Shown: positions 1 through 13,324 of the stretch, piece by piece
Layout: every line of letters begins with the position of its first letter
Position numbering within the stretch: position 1 is the first letter of the stretch
Origin: Alphaproteobacteria bacterium
GTDB lineage: Bacteria > Pseudomonadota > Alphaproteobacteria > CACZRW01
Length of the DNA stretch: 64,000 nt
Assembly: GCA_017507765.1 (NCBI GenBank)
Contig: JAFWAG010000001.1
Location: forward strand, 7,013-71,012
Direction: 5' to 3'
The notes under the pieces: generated by a model
Told to the model about the DNA's origin: nothing
Database searches by the model: none
What the model saw: only the letters and a program-made list of their open reading frames with translations
Program-made: the position numbers and the translations under genes

Positions 1-368
1 ATAACCGTAGGAATACCACCCATAGTTCCGTGAGCTACAATCATTGCATCTTTGCGACCGGTCTTTTTCCGGTATTCTTTTAAACGGTCAGAATATTTCT
101 TCATGTCCGCAAAGTTTAACGGGTCATCACGGACTTCCGGAAGCTCTATGGCGGTGTAACCGATATCAAATAATAAATCCAGACGCTCCTGTGCCGTCAT
201 GCGGAAATGGTGCGAGCATTTGGGACAGATATGAAGATTCTGTTCCAACTCTTTATGAAAAATCATGTCTCCGCAAACCGGACATTTGGTCCAAAAGTTA
301 TCTGGAACTTCTCTGGGCTTTACCAGATTCCTTATTTTCGGACGAACGTAATTCGTTAGCCAACTCAT
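1..368 (-). CDS. accD: acetyl-CoA carboxylase carboxyltransferase beta subunit, N-terminal part (3' end lies beyond the window edge)
   Basis: Absent from the ORF track because it runs off the edge. My translation of the minus strand from the ATG at 368-366 reads MSWLTNYVRPKIRNLVKPREVPDNFWTKCPVCGDMIFHKELEQNLHICPKCSHHFRMTAQERLDLLFD... It has the CxxC...CxxC zinc ribbon and flanks typical of AccD and stays open to position 1. Confidence 0.85.
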   Translation of the reverse strand, partial: MSWLTNYVRPKIRNLVKPREVPDNFWTKCPVCGDMIFHKELEQNLHICPKCSHHFRMTAQERLDLLFDIGYTAIELPEVRDDPLNFADMKKYSDRLKEYRKKTGRKDAMIVAHGTMGGIPTV

Positions 369-412
369 GAGTGTTTCTTTATCCTATTCAAGAAATAAAT
401 AGCTTTAAATGC

Positions 413-676
413 TTACTTAAGCTGTTTTTCCAGCGCCTGAATCTGCTTGTTTTTTCGATATCTGTCAAGCCGAATGCCAAAATCGGCAATCCAAACAAAC
501 AAGCCACCGCAAATAAAAGAAAAAACCGCCGTGATTAAAACAAGTACATATAACGGCATTTCGGCAGTAAATGCAAACGGCCATAAGGAAACTTCCACCG
601 GCGCATGATTAGATGCGGCAAAAACCGTAAGACAGAAAATAAAAAATATGCCGATAACGACCGAAAACTTTTTCAT
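413..676 (-). CDS. small inner-membrane protein, LapA/DUF1049-like
   Basis: 87 aa with two hydrophobic helices and a basic C-terminal tail. It lies directly downstream of ihfB, a common alphaproteobacterial arrangement. Confidence 0.6.
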   Translation of the reverse strand: MKKFSVVIGIFFIFCLTVFAASNHAPVEVSLWPFAFTAEMPLYVLVLITAVFSFICGGLFVWIADFGIRLDRYRKNKQIQALEKQLK

Positions 677-683
677 CAGGAAA

Positions 684-974
684 TTAAGCTTTCTTGCTTT
701 CGTTTAAGCGAGCTTTCAAACGCTTTCCGGCTTTAAAGAACGGAATGGTCTTCGGTTCTACGCTTACCGTTTTACCGGTGCGGGGATTGCGGCCGATGCG
801 GGCATCACGATGACGAACGGAAAATGCGCCAAAGCCACGGAGTTCTACTCTGCCACCTTCCTGCAAAGCCGTAGCAATCTCATTAAAAACTGTGTTTACC
901 AGACGTTCGGCGTCCGAAGTCAAAAGATGCGGATTAAGAGCAACTATCCGAGCGACAAGTTCTGATTTGGTCAT
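684..974 (-). CDS. ihfB: integration host factor beta subunit
   Basis: 96 aa. MTKSELV...[43 protein letters not shown] is the HU/IHF fold signature with an IHF-beta-type N-terminus. Confidence 0.9.
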   Translation of the reverse strand: MTKSELVARIVALNPHLLTSDAERLVNTVFNEIATALQEGGRVELRGFGAFSVRHRDARIGRNPRTGKTVSVEPKTIPFFKAGKRLKARLNESKKA

Positions 975-1201
975 TTTAAAACCCCTTTATTTAAACAAAA
1001 TTGTTCGCGTATCATGCCCTAAAGCCTTCGGATAGTCAACAAACCATAGATAGCAAAAAGGTATATATCTTTAATTTCCTATGTCTTTTTGGGCTTTTTC
1101 CCGTATGAAAAGTTTGCAAAAAGGAAACTCTTTTTCTTGATTATTTAAGCTTTAACGTGTACTTTGCAGATACTTTTTTTGTCTTAAGGAGCCCAAGAAA
1201 T

Positions 1202-3427
1202 ATGGCTAAAGCCGAATCCGAACCGCAGATATTTGATGCAAAGCTGGCAGATGCTTTGAGCGAGCGTTATCTTGCCTATGCTATGTCAACAATTGTTTCC
1301 CGTTCTTTGCCCGATGTCAGAGACGGTTTAAAGCCTGTGCATCGGCGTTTGTTGTTTGCCATGCGGGAATTAGGGCTTAATCCTGCGTCCGGATTTAAGA
1401 AATGCGCCCGTGTTGTCGGCGATGTTATCGGTAAGTATCACCCGCACGGAGATGTTGCGGTTTATGACACTATGGTTCGTTTGGCTCAGGACTTTGCCGT
1501 TCGCTATCCTTTGGTCGAAGGACAAGGAAACTTCGGCAATGTGGACGGAGACCGTGCAGCCGCAATGCGTTATACCGAAGCAAGACTTACCGCTGCCGCA
1601 ACTGCTTTGATGGACGGACTTGACGATGACGCCGTAGACTTTCGTCCGACTTATTCCGGCGATGAAGACGAGCCGGTCGTTATGCCGGCGGCTTTCCCTA
1701 ACCTTCTTGCCAACGGTACTTCCGGTATCGCCGTGGGTATGGCAACAAATATTCCTCCGCACAATCTGGAAGAGCTGTGCAACGGTTTGCAACACCTGAT
1801 TAAGCATCCGGAAGCGGAAGTTAAAGACTTGGTTGAAATTATTCCGGCTCCGGATTTTCCGACCGGCGGCGTAATTATCGAAAGCAAAGCCAATCTTTTA
1901 AAAGCCTATGAAACCGGACGAGGTTCCATTCGTCTGCGCGCAAAGTGGGAGAAGGAAGAGCTTTCTCACGGGCAGTATCAAATAATCGTAACCGAGATTC
2001 CTTATCAGGTTCCCAAATCAGATTTAATTGCCAAAATTGCAAAGCTTTTACTTGATAAAAAGCTGCCTTTGATTACGGATATCCGTGATGAATCCGACGA
2101 AAATGTCCGCATCGTTATCGAGCCGAAGTCTCGGTCGGTTGAAGCTGAGCAGCTTATGGAGCATTTATTCCGCCAAACCGAATTGCAGATAAACTTTTCT
2201 TTGAACATGAATGTTCTGGACGCAAACGGCGTTCCAAAGGTGATGAGTCTGAAAGAAGTTTTGGTGGCGTTTTTGGAACATCGCCAAGATGTCTTAATCC
2301 GGCGTTCTAACTTCCGCAAAGATAAAATCGAACACCGTATGGAAGTTTTGGACGGTTTCTTGGTCGCTTATTTAAACCTTGACCGTGTAATTGAAATAAT
2401 CCGCAACGAAGATGAGCCGAAGCCGATTTTAATGGCAGAGTTTAAAATATCGGAAGTGCAAGCCGAAGCGATTTTAAATATGCGCTTGCGTTCACTGCGC
2501 AAACTGGAAGAAACCCAGATTAAAACCGAACATGATAAATTGGCCGAAGAGCTGCAAGGATTAAAAGAATTATTGGCTGACGAAAAATTACGGTGGAAAG
2601 CAATTTCGGCAGAGCTTACCGAAATAAAACAAAAGTTCGGAAGTAAAACCGTTGTCGGCAAACGCCGCTCGGAAATTGCCGAAGCTCCGACAACCGTAAT
2701 CGTACCGATAGATGTAATGGTGGAAAAAGAACCTATCACCATTTTATTATCCGAAAAAGGTTGGATAAGAGCGATTAAAGGTCATGATGCGGCACAGGAA
2801 GATTATAAGTTTAAAGACGGCGATTCCTTACGTTTAGACTTAAAAGCCTATACAACAGACCGGATTTTATTCTTTGCCGAAAACGGCCGCTTCTATACCG
2901 TTACCGGAGATAAGTTCCCAAGAGGCAGAGGCTTTGGCGAGCCGGTGCGCTTATTCATGGATTTACCGGAAGATGCCGATATTCTGCAAATGATGGTGTA
3001 TGTTCCGGGACAAAAGCTTTTGGTTGCTTCCGCCGCCGGCAGAGGGTTTATTGTTAATGAAGACGAAGCGGTGGCGCAAACCCGTACAGGTAAAATTATC
3101 TTAAATCTGGCGGATAAAGATGTCGGAAGATTTTGTCTGCCGGTAGTCGGCGATACCGTGGCAATCATAGGACAAAACCGCCGTATGCTGATGTTTAAAA
3201 TATCGGAAATACCGGAAATGGCTCGGGGACGAGGGGTTATTTTACAGCGTTACCAAGGCTCTAAGACTTCGGATATAAAGATATTTAACGAAGCAGACGG
3301 CCTTGCTTATCCTTCATCGGGAGGAACCCGAGTCGAAAGGAATCTTATCGGCTGGTTGGGAAGAAGAGCCGCCGTAGGAAAGCTTCCTCCGGTCGGTTTC
3401 CCTCGGACAAATAAGTTCAGTAAATAA
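1202..3427 (+). CDS. parC: DNA topoisomerase IV subunit A
   Basis: [40 protein letters not shown], the active-site region AAMRYTE, and a total of about 740 aa without a GyrA box. ATG 1202 is preferred over the track's GTG 1157 because AGGAG lies at 1187-1191. Confidence 0.85.
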   Translation: MAKAESEPQIFDAKLADALSERYLAYAMSTIVSRSLPDVRDGLKPVHRRLLFAMRELGLNPASGFKKCARVVGDVIGKYHPHGDVAVYDTMVRLAQDFAVRYPLVEGQGNFGNVDGDRAAAMRYTEARLTAAATALMDGLDDDAVDFRPTYSGDEDEPVVMPAAFPNLLANGTSGIAVGMATNIPPHNLEELCNGLQHLIKHPEAEVKDLVEIIPAPDFPTGGVIIESKANLLKAYETGRGSIRLRAKWEKEELSHGQYQIIVTEIPYQVPKSDLIAKIAKLLLDKKLPLITDIRDESDENVRIVIEPKSRSVEAEQLMEHLFRQTELQINFSLNMNVLDANGVPKVMSLKEVLVAFLEHRQDVLIRRSNFRKDKIEHRMEVLDGFLVAYLNLDRVIEIIRNEDEPKPILMAEFKISEVQAEAILNMRLRSLRKLEETQIKTEHDKLAEELQGLKELLADEKLRWKAISAELTEIKQKFGSKTVVGKRRSEIAEAPTTVIVPIDVMVEKEPITILLSEKGWIRAIKGHDAAQEDYKFKDGDSLRLDLKAYTTDRILFFAENGRFYTVTGDKFPRGRGFGEPVRLFMDLPEDADILQMMVYVPGQKLLVASAAGRGFIVNEDEAVAQTRTGKIILNLADKDVGRFCLPVVGDTVAIIGQNRRMLMFKISEIPEMARGRGVILQRYQGSKTSDIKIFNEADGLAYPSSGGTRVERNLIGWLGRRAAVGKLPPVGFPRTNKFSK

Positions 3428-3450
3428 AAGCCGTAATTTAAAGCCGAAGC

Positions 3451-5076
3451 TTAACCCAAAGAGGCTTTCACAAAAGCCGAGAAAAGCGGGTGGGCAGCAA
3501 AGGGCTGAGATTTAAACTCCGGATGGAACTGGACACCGATAAAGAACGGGTGATCCTTAACTTCAATAATCTCCGGCAAGATACCGTCCGGAGATTTACC
3601 GGAAATTACAATTCCTTTCGCCGCCAAATCATGTTCATAAGCGATATCCATTTCATAACGGTGGCGGTGGCGTTCGGCAATTCTGTCCTGACCATAGATG
3701 CTCCAAGCAAGCGTGTCTTTGGTTAAAACACACGGATAAGCACCTAAACGCAAAGTTCCGCCCATGTCTGCGCCTTCTTGTCTGGTTTGCAAAGAACCGT
3801 CTTTTTCCCATTCATGCATCAGAGCGATTAAAGGCGTGCAATCCTTTACAAACTCCGTAGAGTTTGCCTCTTTCACGCCCAAGACATTACGGACAACTTC
3901 AATTGCCGCAACCTGCATATCAAGGCAGATGCCAAGATAAGGAATCTTATGTTCACGAGCATAGCGGGCGGCAACAATTTTGCCCTCAACTCCACGATAA
4001 CCGAAACCTCCGGGAACCAATATGCCGTCCAGTCCGGATAAAATACCCGCAACTTCTTCGGGATTTTTGTCTTCCAAAGTTTCCGAGTCTACCCATTTAA
4101 GCTTTACCTTGGAATGGTTGGCAAGTCCGGCATGAAACAAAGCTTCGTTAAGCGATTTATAAGCATCTTGCAAGCCGCAGTATTTACCGACTATGCCAAT
4201 GGTTACTTCTTTTTCCCATTCTGACATAATCTTTGTAATTTCATGCCAGCGGCTTAAATCCGGCTCTTTGGCTTCTTCCAACATACCGAAATGATGCAAA
4301 ACCCTAACGTCTAAGCCTTCTTTATGGTAAGAAAGCGGAATCTTGTAAATATTATCCAAATCCAAAGCAACGATGACGTCTTCGGGAACTAAGTTACAAA
4401 ACAGAGCAAGCTTTTTCCGTTCGGAATCAGTCATCGGAATAGAAGAACGGCACATTAAAATGTCTGCCTGAATGCCCGCTTCCAAAAGCGTTTTTACCGA
4501 ATGTTGGCTCGGTTTGGTTTTAAGCTCTCCTGCCGTCTTAATATACGGCAAAAGCGTAAGATGAATGAATAAGGCATTTTCTCTGCCGACATCGTTGGCA
4601 AACTGTCTTATCGCTTCCAAAAAGATTAAGCCTTCAATATCGCCGACCGTACCGCCGATTTCACAAATGATAAAATCTTCATCGGTAATGTCCGAAGCAA
4701 TAAAAGCCTTTATTTCGTCCGTAATATGGGGAATCGATTGAACCGTAGCGCCAAGATAATCTCCATGTCGCTCTTTGGTCAAAACGTTAAAATAAATCTT
4801 GCCGCCGGAAATGCTGTCCGTTTTGTGCGGAGGAACGCCAAGAAAACGCTCATAATGCCCTAAATCCAAATCCGTTTCCGCCCCGTCATCGGTAACGAAA
4901 ACTTCGCCATGCTGATGCGGAGACATTGTACCGGGGTCTATATTCAAATACGGGTCAAGTTTGCGAATACGGACTTTGTAACCTCTGGCCTGAAGAAGCG
5001 CACCAATGGACGCCGAAGCGATTCCTTTTCCCAAAGAAGACACAACTCCGCCCGTTACAAAGATATATTTTGGCAT
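3451..5076 (-). CDS. pyrG: CTP synthase
   Basis: 541 aa. [20 protein letters not shown]-terminus and a C-terminal glutamine amidotransferase domain (GICLDMQ, HRHRYE). Confidence 0.95.
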   Translation of the reverse strand: MPKYIFVTGGVVSSLGKGIASASIGALLQARGYKVRIRKLDPYLNIDPGTMSPHQHGEVFVTDDGAETDLDLGHYERFLGVPPHKTDSISGGKIYFNVLTKERHGDYLGATVQSIPHITDEIKAFIASDITDEDFIICEIGGTVGDIEGLIFLEAIRQFANDVGRENALFIHLTLLPYIKTAGELKTKPSQHSVKTLLEAGIQADILMCRSSIPMTDSERKKLALFCNLVPEDVIVALDLDNIYKIPLSYHKEGLDVRVLHHFGMLEEAKEPDLSRWHEITKIMSEWEKEVTIGIVGKYCGLQDAYKSLNEALFHAGLANHSKVKLKWVDSETLEDKNPEEVAGILSGLDGILVPGGFGYRGVEGKIVAARYAREHKIPYLGICLDMQVAAIEVVRNVLGVKEANSTEFVKDCTPLIALMHEWEKDGSLQTRQEGADMGGTLRLGAYPCVLTKDTLAWSIYGQDRIAERHRHRYEMDIAYEHDLAAKGIVISGKSPDGILPEIIEVKDHPFFIGVQFHPEFKSQPFAAHPLFSAFVKASLG

Positions 5077-5176
5077 TTATTTTCCCATTCACTTGATTGG
5101 TTATTGAATGGAACTTGTTTGTATAACAAGGAAGGGATTTTTACAAGATTTAATTACTGGTAAACTGCATTTTCTG

Positions 5177-7918
5177 TTAATGAGCCAAAGCCCAATTTTC
5201 CCCTATTCCGACTTCGGCTATTAAGGGAACGCTTAAAGATACCGTTTTTTCCATTATTTCTTTGACTAAAGTGGCGGTTTTTTCTGCCTCTTCTTTGGGA
5301 ACTTCCAAAATAAGTTCGTCGTGAACCTGCAAAAGCATAGAGGCTTTGCAAGCGGACGAAGAAAGAGCTTTTGCCACTTCAAGCATGGCTTTTTTCAAAA
5401 TATCGGCGGCACTTCCCTGAATAGGAGCGTTAATCGCCGCCCGTTCCGAAAAACCTCTGCGGGCGGGATTTTTATCCGTAATCCCGTCAACATAACAGCG
5501 GCGGCCGAAAAGCGTGGTTACATAACCTTGGCGCCGAGCCTCCTCTATGGTCTTTTCCATATATGCTTTGATTTCCGGATACTTGGCAAAATATGCATCA
5601 ATGTAGGAAGCGGCTTCGGTACGGGAAATCTCTAATTGTCTGGCAAGTCCAAAGGCGGATATACCATAAATTATGCCAAAGTTTATTGCTTTGGCTCGGC
5701 GGCGCATCATCGGGTCCATACCTTCCAACGGAATACCAAAAACCTGAGACGCCGTACTGGCATGAATATCTACGCCGTCCGCAAACGCTTGTTTTAACGC
5801 TTTGACATCGGCAATATCAGCCATAAGACGCAATTCAACCTGTGAATAATCCGCAGAGACTAAAAGCTTACCCTTTTCCGCCACAAACGCTTTGCGAATC
5901 AAGCGGCCTTCTTCCGTGCGTACCGGAATATTCTGTAAATTAGGGTCGTTGGAAGACAAACGCCCCGTGGAGGTTACCGTCTGAGAAAATGTCGTATGTA
6001 CTCTGGAAGTCTTTGGGTTTACCTGCTCCAATAAAGCATCTGAATAAGTGCTTTTAAGCTTGGCAAGCTGACGATACTCTAAAATCAGTTTTGCCAAAGC
6101 AACTTCTTGTTCAGCAAGCTTATCCAGAACTTCCGCATCGGTTGACCATGCTCCGGTGGCAGAGCTTTTGGTTCCACCCTCAAGCCCCATTTTTTCAAAT
6201 AAAATCCGCCCAAGCTGAGCCGGAGAATTAACGTTAAACTCCTCCCCTGCTTCACGGTAAATATCGGCAGATAAAATCGCCATACGTTTGGTGAAATCTT
6301 CGCTGAGACGCTTTAACTCTACGGTATCAACGCAAACGCCTTTTTCTTCCATGGCGAATAAAACCGTAAGCAACGGAAGGTCTAAATATTCATAAATACC
6401 GTACATATTTTCGGCGGTTAACTGCTTGCGGAAAAATGTAAACAAACGCAATGTTATGTCCGCATCTTCCGCCGCATAATCAAGAGCTTTGCTTAACTCG
6501 ACTTTATCAAAAGTGATTTTGTTTTTACCCGTACCGCATACATCGGTATATTTTATCGTATCGTAATCAAGATAAGTTTTGGCAAGCTCGTCCATGCCGT
6601 GTCCATGCCTTGCGCCGTTTAAAACATAAGACATAAGCATACTGTCGTCGACGGGCGACATGATGAAATCCGAACCAAGCTCTTTGGCAAAAACGTGCAT
6701 ATCAAACTTTAAGTTATGGCCGACTTTTAAAACCGTTTTATCGGCAAACAAAGATGCAAGCAGAGCCAAAGCTTCTTTGACCGGTATCTGTTTTAAATTG
6801 CTTTGTACCGGAGTGCCAAACAAATCCGTCTGAACATTCCCGTCAACATGGCGAAGGGGAATATAGCAAGCTTTGCCGGGGGCTATTGCCAAAGAAACGC
6901 CCACCAAATCCGCCCGAAAAGGATTAAGACCGGTGGTTTCCGTATCAACGGCAACAATCTTTGCCGTGCGGGCTTTGTCCAGCCAAGATTTAAGCTTTGT
7001 CGTATCATCAACCAGTTCGTAATCCTTTGCCACAGAGACAAGAGGTATTGCTTGAGCCCGTTTATCACACCAGCTTTCAAGTCCGGCAATCAGACTGTTA
7101 AAGCCGTTTTCGGCAACAAAAGCTTTTATCTTTGGGCATTCCGGTTCTTTTACCGCTAAATCCTGCAATGGCAATGGTAAGGGAGCGTCTTCGGCAAGGG
7201 TGATTAACGTCTTGGAAAGTCTTGCCATGTCGGCTTCGGAACGCAAGGTTTCCCTGCGCTTTTGCTGCTTTATCTTATCCGTATTGGCAAGCAGATTTTC
7301 CAAAGTTCCGTATTCCAAAATCAGTTCGGCTGCCGTCTTTGGTCCTATGCCGGAAACTCCGGGAACATTGTCCGAAGCGTCCCCGATTAAAGACATAACG
7401 TCCAAAACTTTTTCCGAGGTTACGCCAAACTTTGCCTTTATTTCTTCTTCGCCGATAATTTTCTGCTTCATCGGGTCGTAAAGGTTGATACCTTTTGCAA
7501 CCAACTGCATCATATCTTTGTCCGAAGAAACAACCGTTACTTCCATATTTTCGCTAAGAGCTTTTTTCGCATAGGCGGAAATTAAGTCGTCGGCTTCATA
7601 GCCTTCAAGCTCTATGGCAGGAACGTTAAAAACTTTTACCGCTTCCCGAATAAGCGGGAATTGAGGAATTAACTCCGGCGGAGTTTCCTTTCGTGTGCCT
7701 TTGTAATCAGGATAAATATCGTTACGGAAGTTCTTGCGAGCCGCATCAAAAATCACCGCACAATAATCCGCACGGCAATCTCTTAACAGCCGCATAAGCA
7801 TTTTGGTAAAGCCGAAAACCGCGCCAACCGGAGTTCCACTGCCGTTGGTCATGGGAGGAAGCGCATAAAACGCGCGGAAAATGTATCCTGAACCATCGAC
7901 CAAAAGCAGTTTTTTCAT
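5177..7918 (-). CDS. polA: DNA polymerase I
   Basis: 913 aa with a 5'-3' exonuclease N-terminus (LLLVDGSGYIFRAFYA), a 3'-5' exonuclease domain (VAVDTETTGL) and a PolA palm (DYSQVELR, QVHDELI). Confidence 0.95.
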   Translation of the reverse strand: MKKLLLVDGSGYIFRAFYALPPMTNGSGTPVGAVFGFTKMLMRLLRDCRADYCAVIFDAARKNFRNDIYPDYKGTRKETPPELIPQFPLIREAVKVFNVPAIELEGYEADDLISAYAKKALSENMEVTVVSSDKDMMQLVAKGINLYDPMKQKIIGEEEIKAKFGVTSEKVLDVMSLIGDASDNVPGVSGIGPKTAAELILEYGTLENLLANTDKIKQQKRRETLRSEADMARLSKTLITLAEDAPLPLPLQDLAVKEPECPKIKAFVAENGFNSLIAGLESWCDKRAQAIPLVSVAKDYELVDDTTKLKSWLDKARTAKIVAVDTETTGLNPFRADLVGVSLAIAPGKACYIPLRHVDGNVQTDLFGTPVQSNLKQIPVKEALALLASLFADKTVLKVGHNLKFDMHVFAKELGSDFIMSPVDDSMLMSYVLNGARHGHGMDELAKTYLDYDTIKYTDVCGTGKNKITFDKVELSKALDYAAEDADITLRLFTFFRKQLTAENMYGIYEYLDLPLLTVLFAMEEKGVCVDTVELKRLSEDFTKRMAILSADIYREAGEEFNVNSPAQLGRILFEKMGLEGGTKSSATGAWSTDAEVLDKLAEQEVALAKLILEYRQLAKLKSTYSDALLEQVNPKTSRVHTTFSQTVTSTGRLSSNDPNLQNIPVRTEEGRLIRKAFVAEKGKLLVSADYSQVELRLMADIADVKALKQAFADGVDIHASTASQVFGIPLEGMDPMMRRRAKAINFGIIYGISAFGLARQLEISRTEAASYIDAYFAKYPEIKAYMEKTIEEARRQGYVTTLFGRRCYVDGITDKNPARRGFSERAAINAPIQGSAADILKKAMLEVAKALSSSACKASMLLQVHDELILEVPKEEAEKTATLVKEIMEKTVSLSVPLIAEVGIGENWALAH

Positions 7919-7923
7919 GGCGA

Positions 7924-10284
7924 TTAACTCCTTAATTCAGCTCCGGTAGCGGCTTTGACCGCATTAACAATCCGAGCAGAAATGTCTTCGATTTCGGCAT
8001 CGGTAAGGGTCTTTTCTTGCGGCTGAATAGTTACTTCTATGGCCAAAGATTTCTTGCCTTCGCCTAAGCGTTCGCCTTCGTAAAGGTCAAAAACCTGCAC
8101 ATCGGCAATCAAGTTTTTATCCACGTTCTTTGCCGTTTTAAGCACTTTTTCCGCATCTATGCCGGTATCCATGATAAAAGCAAAATCACGGGAAAGCGGT
8201 TGGAATGCAGACATAAGCACCGTTTTCTGGTTCTTGTTTTTAAGTTCTTTGGCGGGAACTTTATCAAGGAAGACTTCCGCCGCAACTACTCTTTCCTTTA
8301 CGTCCATCGCTTTTAAGACGTTCGGGTGAAGCTCGCCAAAATACGCCAGAACATTCTTGCCAAGACATAAAGCCCCTGAGCGTCCCGGGTGGTAATAAGA
8401 CGGCGCAGTGCGGAAAACCTGAAGTCCGGAAATCGGAGCGTCAATGGCAGCCAAAGCGGCGATAGCATCTTCTTTTACATCAAAGACATCAGCTTCCCGT
8501 TCGGCATCAAGCCAATGGCGACTGTGATTTTTACCCATGCGGACAATGCTTGCCATAGCTTCCTGTTCACCAGGTTTTGCGCCGGTGAACTGAGGTCCGA
8601 CTTCAAATAATGCCGTATTAGGATAACCTCTGTCCGCATTACGCTTTGCCGCATCAATAAGGTTCGGAAGCAAACTGGGACGCATTTCGTCCAAATCCGA
8701 AGCTATCGGATTGCCGAGCATAACGCCTTTGCTGCCGAAAAGCTTTGCCTTTTCCGAAGACATAAACGACCAAGTTATGGCTTGGAAGCCCCCTCTTTCC
8801 GCCAAAGCCCGACGGGCAGATATTTCCTTTTTCTGCCGTGGAGTAAGCAATACCTTTGGCATTTCCCCGCTTATCATAGAAAGGGCGGGAAGCTTGTCAT
8901 AACCGTAAATACGCATGACTTCTTCCACCAAGTCGGCTTCGCCTTCAATATCCGGACGCCAAGACGACGGAGTTACTTTATCGCCGTTTACGGTAAAGCC
9001 CAAAGCCGTTAAAATCTTTTCCGCTTCGGCTTTGGAAACGTCAACGCCGCAAAGCTCGTTTACTCTTTGCGGACGGAAAGTTATTTCCCGCTGCCAGTGC
9101 GGTTCTTTGCCGGCAATTACGATTTCCGATGCTTCGCCGCCGCAAAGTTCCAAAATAAGACGGGTGGCTATTTCATTATCAGGAACGGCAGAGGCCGCAT
9201 CTACACCTCTTTCAAAGCGGGTGCGCGAGTCGGACTCTATGTTTAAAGCTCGTCCGGTGGCAGCAATGTTCATGGGTTCAAACCAAGCGGATTCCAAAAA
9301 TACGTCCGTAGTATCATCGCTGACACCGGATTTCTCTCCGCCCATGATACCCGCCAAAGATAAAACTTCTTCGGCATCGGCAATAACCGTCATATCCGCA
9401 GTTAACGTATGTTCCTTTTCATCAAGGGTGATAAGCTTTTCCCCTTCTTTCGCATAACGGACTTCGATATCACCTTTGATTTTCGTCGCATCAAAAACGT
9501 GCAACGGACGGCAACGACCGATATTTAAGTAGTTGGTAACGTCAACCAACGCAGAAATAGGACGAAGCCCAACGGCATTCAACCTATCCTGAAGCCATTG
9601 CGGACTGGCGCAATTTTTGACACCTCGGATATAACGACCGGTAAAAATCGCACAGCCGGACGGCGAAAGATTAACCTTTATCGGGCTTAGGAACGAACCT
9701 TTTACCGGAGTAGCGGCGGTATCTTTAAAAGTACCGATACCGGCAGCGGAAAGGTCTCTGGCAACGCCCAACACGCCAAAACAATCAGGACGGTTCGGCG
9801 TAACGTTAATATCAATCAGAGGGTCTTCGCCCAAAACTTTTGCAAACGATGTTCCAAGCGGAGCGTCCGTTTCCAAATCCAAAATGCCGTTATGGTCTTC
9901 GCCAAGCTTTAATTCACGAGCCGAACACATCATGCCAAAGCTTTCAACTCCACGGATTTTGCCGACTTTTAAAGTCTCTCCGGAAATCGGAACAATGACC
10001 CCGGGTCTTGCCAAAACGCCTTTTAACCCGACATGAACATTCGGTGCGCCGCAGACAATCTGCAATACTTCCGTACCGGTATCCACTTTTAATATATGCA
10101 GCTTATCTGCGTTCGGGTGGTCGTTAACTTCTTTAATCTCGGCAATTATAAAGTCTTTTAAAGCGGCAGCAGGGTTTGATACTTCCTCTACCTCCAGACC
10201 TATGTCCGTAAGCTTTGCCGTGATTTCGTCCAAAGTGGCTTCGGTATCTATGTATTCTTTAAGCCAGTTAAGGGTTAATTTCAT
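7924..10284 (-). CDS. pheT: phenylalanine--tRNA ligase beta subunit
   Basis: 786 aa. [15 protein letters not shown]-terminus, tRNA-binding, B3/4 and B5 domains, overlapping pheS by 4 nt. Confidence 0.95.
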   Translation of the reverse strand: MKLTLNWLKEYIDTEATLDEITAKLTDIGLEVEEVSNPAAALKDFIIAEIKEVNDHPNADKLHILKVDTGTEVLQIVCGAPNVHVGLKGVLARPGVIVPISGETLKVGKIRGVESFGMMCSARELKLGEDHNGILDLETDAPLGTSFAKVLGEDPLIDINVTPNRPDCFGVLGVARDLSAAGIGTFKDTAATPVKGSFLSPIKVNLSPSGCAIFTGRYIRGVKNCASPQWLQDRLNAVGLRPISALVDVTNYLNIGRCRPLHVFDATKIKGDIEVRYAKEGEKLITLDEKEHTLTADMTVIADAEEVLSLAGIMGGEKSGVSDDTTDVFLESAWFEPMNIAATGRALNIESDSRTRFERGVDAASAVPDNEIATRLILELCGGEASEIVIAGKEPHWQREITFRPQRVNELCGVDVSKAEAEKILTALGFTVNGDKVTPSSWRPDIEGEADLVEEVMRIYGYDKLPALSMISGEMPKVLLTPRQKKEISARRALAERGGFQAITWSFMSSEKAKLFGSKGVMLGNPIASDLDEMRPSLLPNLIDAAKRNADRGYPNTALFEVGPQFTGAKPGEQEAMASIVRMGKNHSRHWLDAEREADVFDVKEDAIAALAAIDAPISGLQVFRTAPSYYHPGRSGALCLGKNVLAYFGELHPNVLKAMDVKERVVAAEVFLDKVPAKELKNKNQKTVLMSAFQPLSRDFAFIMDTGIDAEKVLKTAKNVDKNLIADVQVFDLYEGERLGEGKKSLAIEVTIQPQEKTLTDAEIEDISARIVNAVKAATGAELRS

Positions 10285-11381
10285 CTTTTTATTCCTCCGT
10301 TAAGGCTTAAACCAATATTCATCGCCGGGATATCAAGCGGAATAAAGCCATAATGCTTTAACCTGCGGATATCGCCTTCAAAGAAAGTGCGCAAGTCCGG
10401 AATACCGTATTTAAGCATAGCCATGCGGTCAATGCCAAAACCAAACGCAAAGCCTTGGTATTCATCAGGATTTATGCCCGAAGCCTTTAAAACATTCGGG
10501 TGAACCATGCCGCAACCCAAAACTTCCATCCAGCCCTTACCTTTGGCGATTTTGAACTCTCCGTTTTCACGCGAGCAACCGATATCCATTTCCGCAGACG
10601 GCTCCGTAAACGGGAAAAATGACGGACGGAAACGAACCGGAACATCATCGACTTCAAAAAACGCCTTAAATACATCAATAAGGCAGCCTTTTAAATGTCC
10701 CATGTTGGTCGATTTATCAATAACCAAGCCTTCTATCTGATGAAACATCGGAGTATGCGTCATATCATAATCACAGCGATATGTTCTGCCGGGAGCAACA
10801 ATACGTATCGGAAGGTCTTGGCTTTCCATAGTGCGAACCTGTACCGGAGACGTATGCGTGCGCAAGATGTCTCCGCCGCCGTCTTTCATAAAGAAAGTGG
10901 CCTGCATCTGACGAGCCGGATGCGATTTCGGGAAGTTTAAAGCTTCAAAATTATGCCAATCATCTTCTATATCCGGTCCTTCTGCAAGCTTGAAGCCCAT
11001 TTGGCTGAAAATTGCTAAAAGCTCTTCCGTAACCTGACTGACGGGGTGAATACGTCCCTGCACAAACGGACGAGGAGGCAATGTTACATCAATAGTTTCG
11101 TTTTTAAGGCGTTCGTTAATTGCTTCGGCTTCCAAAAAACTTTTTCTTTCGGTAAAAGCGGCAGTTATTTCTTCTTTTAAAACGTTAAGTTCCTGCCCAA
11201 AAGACTTTCTTTCCTCCGGCGACATTGCGCCAAGGCTTTTCATAAGCTCGGTCAAACGGCCTTTTTTGCCTAAAACGGCAACTCTTAATTCTTCAAGTTC
11301 CGCAAGGGTCGCTGCTTTGGTAAGCGAAGGCAGCACCTCTTCACGAATAGTAGTTAAATCCGACATTGGTATTTTTCCCAT
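10281..11381 (-). CDS. pheS: phenylalanine--tRNA ligase alpha subunit
   Basis: 366 aa with class II aaRS motifs ([30 protein letters not shown]). The true start may be the second ATG (MSDLTT, 11366). Confidence 0.95.
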   Translation of the reverse strand: MGKIPMSDLTTIREEVLPSLTKAATLAELEELRVAVLGKKGRLTELMKSLGAMSPEERKSFGQELNVLKEEITAAFTERKSFLEAEAINERLKNETIDVTLPPRPFVQGRIHPVSQVTEELLAIFSQMGFKLAEGPDIEDDWHNFEALNFPKSHPARQMQATFFMKDGGGDILRTHTSPVQVRTMESQDLPIRIVAPGRTYRCDYDMTHTPMFHQIEGLVIDKSTNMGHLKGCLIDVFKAFFEVDDVPVRFRPSFFPFTEPSAEMDIGCSRENGEFKIAKGKGWMEVLGCGMVHPNVLKASGINPDEYQGFAFGFGIDRMAMLKYGIPDLRTFFEGDIRRLKHYGFIPLDIPAMNIGLSLNGGIKR

Positions 11382-11505
11382 TAAAAAACATTCAAGCCGG
11401 TTATGATAAAGCTCTTTTTTTTCTATTCAAGAGTTCGTTAACAAAATAGTCATCTTTTATTGCTTTAATCCATCTCAAGAAGTATTTTTTCAAGTATGAG
11501 GATAG

Positions 11506-12591
<1,086 letters not shown>

Positions 12592-12593
12592 GC

Positions 12594-13289
12594 ATGAATC
12601 CGGAATCCTTATTCAGTAAAAAGTTAAGTATCGGCAAGCCTCATGAAACCAAGAAAAATCAAGGATTGAGCCGAGCTTGGATACGCTGTCCGTCCGGAAG
12701 ACGGGTGGATTTATTGGAACCTTCCCCTTTGGATATTGAAATATCCGATATTGCTTTATCGCTTTCCCGTATCAGCCGGTGGGCAGGTATGACCGCTACG
12801 CCTTATGGTTTTTCCGTAGCACAACACTGTGTACTGGTGGTGAAAATTATGGAATGGATGATTGATAATACTCCTTCCTATCGCACTATGGTGCGCAAAA
12901 GCGGGCTATCCAAAAAACACTGGCTGTTGGCAGGACTTTGCCATGATGCGGCAGAGGCCTACTTAGGCGGCGACCTTTGCGGTCCGGCAAAAGCTGCGAT
13001 GAAAGATAATGCCTATAAAAACATGGAAGAAGCCCTGCAAACCGCTATTTATATCCGCTTGGGGCTTCCGGCGGAACTGCCCGAAGATTTACGCAAAATC
13101 GTAAAATATGCCGATCGGGCAAGCGCTTATGCCGAGGCGGTACTTATCGTCGGTTTTTCGCCCGAAGAGGCAGAACCTTTGTTCGGAATTACAACTCCTT
13201 TGAACGATCACGCTTTCTTGGACACTATGTCCGGCGAAGAAGCTATGCGTTCTTACCTTTCCCTATACAAAAGACTAAAACTCGTTTAA
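12594..13289 (+). CDS. HD-superfamily phosphohydrolase (YfbR-like)
   Basis: 231 aa. SVAQHCV ... GLCHDAAEAYLGGDL ... YADRASAY matches the H...HD...D pattern. The gene starts 3 nt after the ccrM stop. Confidence 0.6.
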   Translation: MNPESLFSKKLSIGKPHETKKNQGLSRAWIRCPSGRRVDLLEPSPLDIEISDIALSLSRISRWAGMTATPYGFSVAQHCVLVVKIMEWMIDNTPSYRTMVRKSGLSKKHWLLAGLCHDAAEAYLGGDLCGPAKAAMKDNAYKNMEEALQTAIYIRLGLPAELPEDLRKIVKYADRASAYAEAVLIVGFSPEEAEPLFGITTPLNDHAFLDTMSGEEAMRSYLSLYKRLKLV

Positions 13290-13324
13290 ATTATCCCGTA
13301 AATAATCAGAGGATATTTAAACCT

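Noticed and set aside
44-370. 108-aa plus-strand ORF at the left edge
   Set aside because: The opposite strand encodes a clear AccD N-terminus with its zinc ribbon. The plus-strand ORF has no recognisable features and is best explained as an antisense shadow.
1157-1201. GTG 1157 as the parC start (the track ORF start)
   Set aside because: The extra 15 residues ([15 protein letters not shown]) are not ParC-like, and AGGAG sits correctly for ATG 1202.
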